A DNA stretch of 64,000 nt. Source: Alistipes sp. CAG:514 (GTDB taxonomy: Bacteria > Bacteroidota > Bacteroidia > Bacteroidales > UBA932). The notes under the pieces are model-generated. The model was not told the DNA's origin, did no database searches, and worked only from the letters and a program-made list of their open reading frames with translations. Shown piece by piece: positions 60,029 to 64,000 of the stretch. Within the stretch, counting starts at the first letter, position 1. Every line of letters begins with the position of its first letter. The DNA lies in contig HF986083.1 of NCBI GenBank assembly GCA_000431015.1, positions 25,356 to 89,355 of the forward strand, written 5' to 3'. The translations under genes were made by a program, and so were the position numbers.

Positions 60029-60040
60029 TTGAGTAAATAA

Positions 60041-61357
60041 TTAATTACCAAGTTCTTGAAGCTTTACAAACGCTCCAAGCCTCTCATCCATGCCGCGGAA
60101 ATCCTTCTCGGAGTTCAGGAGCGACACGCAGACTCTGATCCCCTCACGGGAACTTCTTGTCGAAACCATGGTGATCGCGCAGACTCCGCAGCGGAGCAGA
60201 TTCAGAAGCAGCTGGCTGCCTGTCATTTCCTTGTAGCCGATCGTGAAGAAGAAGCCGTCGCTCACATCCTCGTCCAGATCCTTTTCATACACAAGGTGGA
60301 AGCCATGACGAAGGAATATCTCCTTGGCCCTTGTAGCCCTGCGGCCATATTCACGCATCTCGCCCACGAAGTCATATTCCCCGTCCGCCGCCGCTCCGAG
60401 CATTTTAGCGAAGGCGTACTGAGCGGAATGTGAGCAACTTGACGAGTTGACATAGATGTATGTCAGAGAGAAGTTGTCGCCAAAGCGGCCTATGCCGTAA
60501 CGCTCGCGAAGGGCGGGATACTCACGATTGAAGAGTTTGTCGGAGATCGCCACCATCGCGATCCTCTCCCCGGCGTAACTGAATATCTTGGATGCGGAGA
60601 TCATCAGCACGCAGTTGTCGGTGTAGCGCGCCACCGTCGGCTGGAACGGAGGCTGGAACGGCACCGAGCGATCCTTCCGGAAATCCATGCAGAGATAGGC
60701 CATGTCCTCAAGGGCGATCACATCATACTTGGTGCAAAGTTCTCCGAGATCCTTGAGTTCCTCCTCCGTCAGGCAGCACCAGGACGGATTGTTAGGATTT
60801 GAATATACTATCGCGGCCACTCGTCTGTCCCCGAACACCTCTTCAAGTTTCTCCCTGAACGCCTTGCCTCTGAAATCATAGAGATCGAACATCCTTGACT
60901 TCACGCCAAGCACCTTGGCCTGGCCATAATGCGACGGGAATCCAGGATTCAGATAGACGACCGTGTCTTTCTCCGGATTTGCCTGGACACTTTCAAGAAG
61001 GAGGTTGTAGCATCCTTGCATGGAGCCTACCGTCGGCACGATCCCTTCCGGGGAAATGTCAACACCGACAAAGGCCTTGATGAAACGGGAGCCGTTTTCC
61101 TTCATCTCCTTGATTCCGCAGGCCGGAGGATAGACAGAGGCCACGCCGTCCTCCAAGGCGCGCATCTGCGCCTCCACGCCGATTCCGCAGGCCTTCAGGC
61201 CAGGGATACCGAACTCCAGATGGACGAACTTTTCGCCGGAGATCCTTTCCAGCTCATGGGACACATTGACGCACTGACGGATTGTCGCGTGACCTATGTC
61301 AGCGATGTCAAGACTCCGGAGAACCTCATCTACAACTTGTCTGGAAACCGGTTTCAT
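60041..61357 (-). CDS. PLP-dependent aminotransferase, class I/II
   Basis: PLP-lysine context ISASKIFSYAGERIA and fold-type I pattern; ATGA overlap with iorB. Confidence 0.75.
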   Translation of the reverse strand: MKPVSRQVVDEVLRSLDIADIGHATIRQCVNVSHELERISGEKFVHLEFGIPGLKACGIGVEAQMRALEDGVASVYPPACGIKEMKENGSRFIKAFVGVDISPEGIVPTVGSMQGCYNLLLESVQANPEKDTVVYLNPGFPSHYGQAKVLGVKSRMFDLYDFRGKAFREKLEEVFGDRRVAAIVYSNPNNPSWCCLTEEELKDLGELCTKYDVIALEDMAYLCMDFRKDRSVPFQPPFQPTVARYTDNCVLMISASKIFSYAGERIAMVAISDKLFNREYPALRERYGIGRFGDNFSLTYIYVNSSSCSHSAQYAFAKMLGAAADGEYDFVGEMREYGRRATRAKEIFLRHGFHLVYEKDLDEDVSDGFFFTIGYKEMTGSQLLLNLLRCGVCAITMVSTRSSREGIRVCVSLLNSEKDFRGMDERLGAFVKLQELGN

Positions 61358-61944
61358 CTCGAGAAGTTCTTGGAGGCCTCAAGGCCGGCATTGAAGGCAG
61401 CGATGTTCATTTCCACCACCGCGTCGCCCTTGCGGGAGAACACGCTGGCGATACCCTCGCGGAGCTTCTCCGGCTCAAGTATCTCCATGACGGCAGCCGA
61501 CGCTCCAAGAAGAGCCATGTTCGAGCTGCGAGGCGATCCCGCCTCCTTGGCTATGGCGTCGCAGTCCAGGGTGATGACGTTGCCGACTTTCCGAAGCTCA
61601 GCGGTGATTTCCTCGACAGGAGGATAGTTCGGAATGTTCACAAACGGTGTGGAGTTGGTCACTATCCAGCCGCCCTTGGAAAGCCACGGCAGGTAGCGGA
61701 GCGCCTCCATCGGCTCCAGGGAGAGGATCAGATCGCACTCCCCTTCCGGAATCAAGTCGCTCCAGATCGTGTCGGTGCTGATGCGCAGATTACTCTGCAC
61801 ATCCCCGCCTCTCTGGCTCATGCCATGCACCTCAGCCTGTTTCAAGTGAAGGTTCTGGTCGAGCGCCGCCCAACCAATCACTGTAGCGATGGAGAGGATC
61901 CCCTGTCCTCCAACGCCTGAAAGTATGATGTCTTTTTTTGCCAT
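61354..61944 (-). CDS. iorB: Indolepyruvate:ferredoxin oxidoreductase subunit beta
   Basis: LSGVGGQGILSIATVIG N-terminus of the 2-oxoacid:ferredoxin oxidoreductase gamma-like family; 196 aa; follows iorA. Confidence 0.85.
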   Translation of the reverse strand: MAKKDIILSGVGGQGILSIATVIGWAALDQNLHLKQAEVHGMSQRGGDVQSNLRISTDTIWSDLIPEGECDLILSLEPMEALRYLPWLSKGGWIVTNSTPFVNIPNYPPVEEITAELRKVGNVITLDCDAIAKEAGSPRSSNMALLGASAAVMEILEPEKLREGIASVFSRKGDAVVEMNIAAFNAGLEASKNFSR

Positions 61945-61962
61945 AACAGTTACTCCTTAAAT

Positions 61963-63585
61963 CTATTTGCGTGCCGCGGCGGCGTGGCGCTTGGCGGTCT
62001 GTATGCACTCGCGGCGGCAGATGATGACCGAAACGCCGCTGTAATTGATCTCCTCGTCGATGACCTTCTCCATGTCCGGATAGTTTTTCGGGAGAGGAAC
62101 AATGGTTCTTATGTGCGCAGGATCGACTCCAAGCCCCTTGCAGATCTCCTCAAGGCGGCCTGTGCCGGCGGAATCCTGCCCTCCGGTCATGCCGGTAGTA
62201 AGGTTGTCGGAAATGCAGATCGTGACGCTCGCCCCAGCATTGACACAATCCAGAAGACCGGTCATACCGCTGTGGGTGAAGGTCGAGTCACCGATTACGG
62301 CGACAGCCGGCCACACGCCTGAGTTGGCGGCCCCGAGCGCCATCGTGACGGAAGCACCCATCTCCACACAGGTCTGGAAGGAGTTGAACGGCGGCATGTA
62401 GCCAAGCGTGTAGCAGCCTATGTCGCTGAACACACGGGCCGAAGGGGCATATTCCTTAAGTACCACATTAAGTGCGGTGTAGAAGTCGCGGTGACCGCAG
62501 CCCTGGCAGAGTGCCGGAGGGCGTGGAACGGTGACCTCTGATTTTGAATATGTCTCCGCAGGCGCAAGCCCGAGAGCCTTGCGTACGCTGTCCGGATTCA
62601 GTTCGCCCGTCCTCGGAAGAGTGCCGTCCAGACGGCCTTTGATGATCCTGGCTCCCTTGGCCTCCGGATCGTAGAGGATGCCGCGGAGACGCTCCTCGAT
62701 CAGCGGCTGGCCTTCCTCCATGACCAGAATGTTGCCGCATGACTCCGCCATCTTCCTGGCGAGAGCCTTAGGGAACGGATAGCGCGTGACCTTGAGGACC
62801 GGATAAGGACATCCGTCCGGATAATTCTCCATCAGATAGTTATAGGCGATGCCGCAGGCAATGACACCCATGCTGTGGTCGGTCCCGTCAACATAGCTGT
62901 TGTCACTTGAGGCAACCGAGTCCTTCTCAAAGCCGATCAGTTCACCGGCCAGTCCGAGAATGCGCTTCCTGGCGTTGACCGGAAGCGTCACCCAATTCTT
63001 CTCGTGAGCCTCGTCAGGGAAGTGAAGCTCGTTCTCCCGGCGGATCTCCCCTGCCTCCACGACAGCCCTGGAGTGCGCCATGCGGGTGGTAAGCCGCATC
63101 AGTACAGGAATATGATTGGCCTCGGAATAGTCAAACGCCTCACGCACCATGTCATAGGCTTCCTGCTGGTTGGACGGCTCAAAGCACGGCATCATTGCAA
63201 AGTCAGCGTAGAATCTGGAATCCTGCTCGTTCTGCGAGGAATGCTGCGACGGATCATCGCAAGCCACGACCACAAGACCTCCGTTCGCTCCGGTCACCGC
63301 GGAATTGACAAAGGCATCGGCGCACACGTTCATCCCGACATGCTTCATGCACACGAGCGCGCGCTTACCTGAATATGAAACGCCAAGCGCCGACTCCATC
63401 GCGGTCTTTTCATTGGAAGACCAGTCGCAATGGATTCCGCGCTCTTTGGTAAGAGGGTGAGCCTGGATGTATTCCGTGATCTCAGTCGAAGGCGTGCCGG
63501 GATAGGCATACACGCCGGAAAGCCCTGCATGCAACGCTCCAAGAGCCAAAGCCTCGTCACCCAAAAGAAGTTTCTTTTCCGACAT
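61963..63585 (-). CDS. iorA: Indolepyruvate:ferredoxin oxidoreductase subunit alpha (TPP-binding, 4Fe-4S)
   Basis: TPP-binding motifs (GDSTFTHSG) and cysteine cluster CQGCGHRD; 540 aa. Confidence 0.85.
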   Translation of the reverse strand: MSEKKLLLGDEALALGALHAGLSGVYAYPGTPSTEITEYIQAHPLTKERGIHCDWSSNEKTAMESALGVSYSGKRALVCMKHVGMNVCADAFVNSAVTGANGGLVVVACDDPSQHSSQNEQDSRFYADFAMMPCFEPSNQQEAYDMVREAFDYSEANHIPVLMRLTTRMAHSRAVVEAGEIRRENELHFPDEAHEKNWVTLPVNARKRILGLAGELIGFEKDSVASSDNSYVDGTDHSMGVIACGIAYNYLMENYPDGCPYPVLKVTRYPFPKALARKMAESCGNILVMEEGQPLIEERLRGILYDPEAKGARIIKGRLDGTLPRTGELNPDSVRKALGLAPAETYSKSEVTVPRPPALCQGCGHRDFYTALNVVLKEYAPSARVFSDIGCYTLGYMPPFNSFQTCVEMGASVTMALGAANSGVWPAVAVIGDSTFTHSGMTGLLDCVNAGASVTICISDNLTTGMTGGQDSAGTGRLEEICKGLGVDPAHIRTIVPLPKNYPDMEKVIDEEINYSGVSVIICRRECIQTAKRHAAAARK

Positions 63586-63810
63586 AACTTATAGCAGTTT
63601 TATAGTTTTTGTGTTATTACGGCTACAAGTTACGAAAATTCTTAAATATTCAAAAATTTCTTTCAGATTTTAACGCATCCCGACCACTTATCCGCAAATC
63701 CTTAAATCCGCCACCCACGCATGGAAGGTGTGCCGGCAACGGACATGGCAAGACAAGCGATTTAGCGTGTCAAACTGGATGAGGTTGAGCATTCAAGCCG
63801 GAAGGATGGC

Positions 63811-64000
63811 GGGGTGGTACTCATTTTCTGCCGGAGAATACTCTTTGAGGGAGTTCCATCGCTATGATTATGCCCAGGACTATCGCGATGGCGGCCTTGA
63901 CGGCGGTGAAGCCGGCTGAGGCGGAGAGGAAGAACTGGCTGGAGACAAGGTAGTAGGTGAACCAGAATATTCCGGCACCGGGGACGAGCGGGAATATTCC
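63811..64000 (-). CDS. Hypothetical integral membrane protein, C-terminal fragment (gene continues beyond window end)
   Basis: Minus-strand frame open to the window edge, ending ...GIIIAMELPQRVFSGRK with a stop near 63811. Hydrophobic helices; no family assigned. Confidence 0.35.

Overview
This 64-kb segment reads as a Bacteroidales (Bacteroidota) chromosome. It is GC-rich for the phylum, roughly mid-50s % by eye, and gene-dense. Intergenic regions repeatedly carry the Bacteroidetes-type -7 promoter box TAnnTTTG. The window holds the dnaA locus and about 50 protein-coding genes. Most are housekeeping: lptD (partial), an AmiC-like amidase, dnaA, pepD, rpe, birA, rsfS-ftsH-cdsA-psd, ispG, relA/spoT, yihY, ligA, a PPi-type phosphofructokinase, a TrmH-family methylase, an Omp85 (BamA/TamA-like) protein, rlmD, a Na/Pi cotransporter, a flavodiiron protein, rarA, a Ca/Na antiporter, queA, pyrD, cinA, tatCA, an ABC-F ATPase, valS, kdsC, maf and iorAB. 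I recognised no rRNA, tRNA, CRISPR array, transposase or integrase. Seven things stand out. (1) A family of ~40-nt palindromic REP-like elements with a conserved 10-nt loop GCACGTTAYC and co-varying stems, present three times, always between convergent genes. Two copies sit in opposite orientation at one locus, a BIME-like arrangement. (2) A 150-bp intergenic region with four consecutive hairpins between an aminotransferase and a CoA-transferase gene. (3) A perfect 18-bp hairpin between convergent cinA and a dipeptidase gene. (4) Two 15-bp palindromes, ACAAAT-N3-ATTTGT, directly upstream of an XRE-type HTH regulator that sits behind a 500-bp AT-rich spacer. (5) A two-gene operon: a 975-aa protein with two receiver-like domains fused to a PEP/pyruvate-binding (PPDK_N, dikinase-like) domain whose phosphocarrier histidine motif looks degenerate, followed by a cytoplasmic GH13 alpha-amylase-family enzyme. 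(6) A ThrC-family paralogue with an atypical PLP motif, a candidate cysteate synthase. (7) An unusually long co-directional gene string, ligA-yihY-relA-lipoprotein-OMP-ispG. Many long ORFs in the six-frame track are antisense artefacts of GC-rich coding DNA. Several ORF-track starts are over-extended because the track accepts TTG and other alternative starts.
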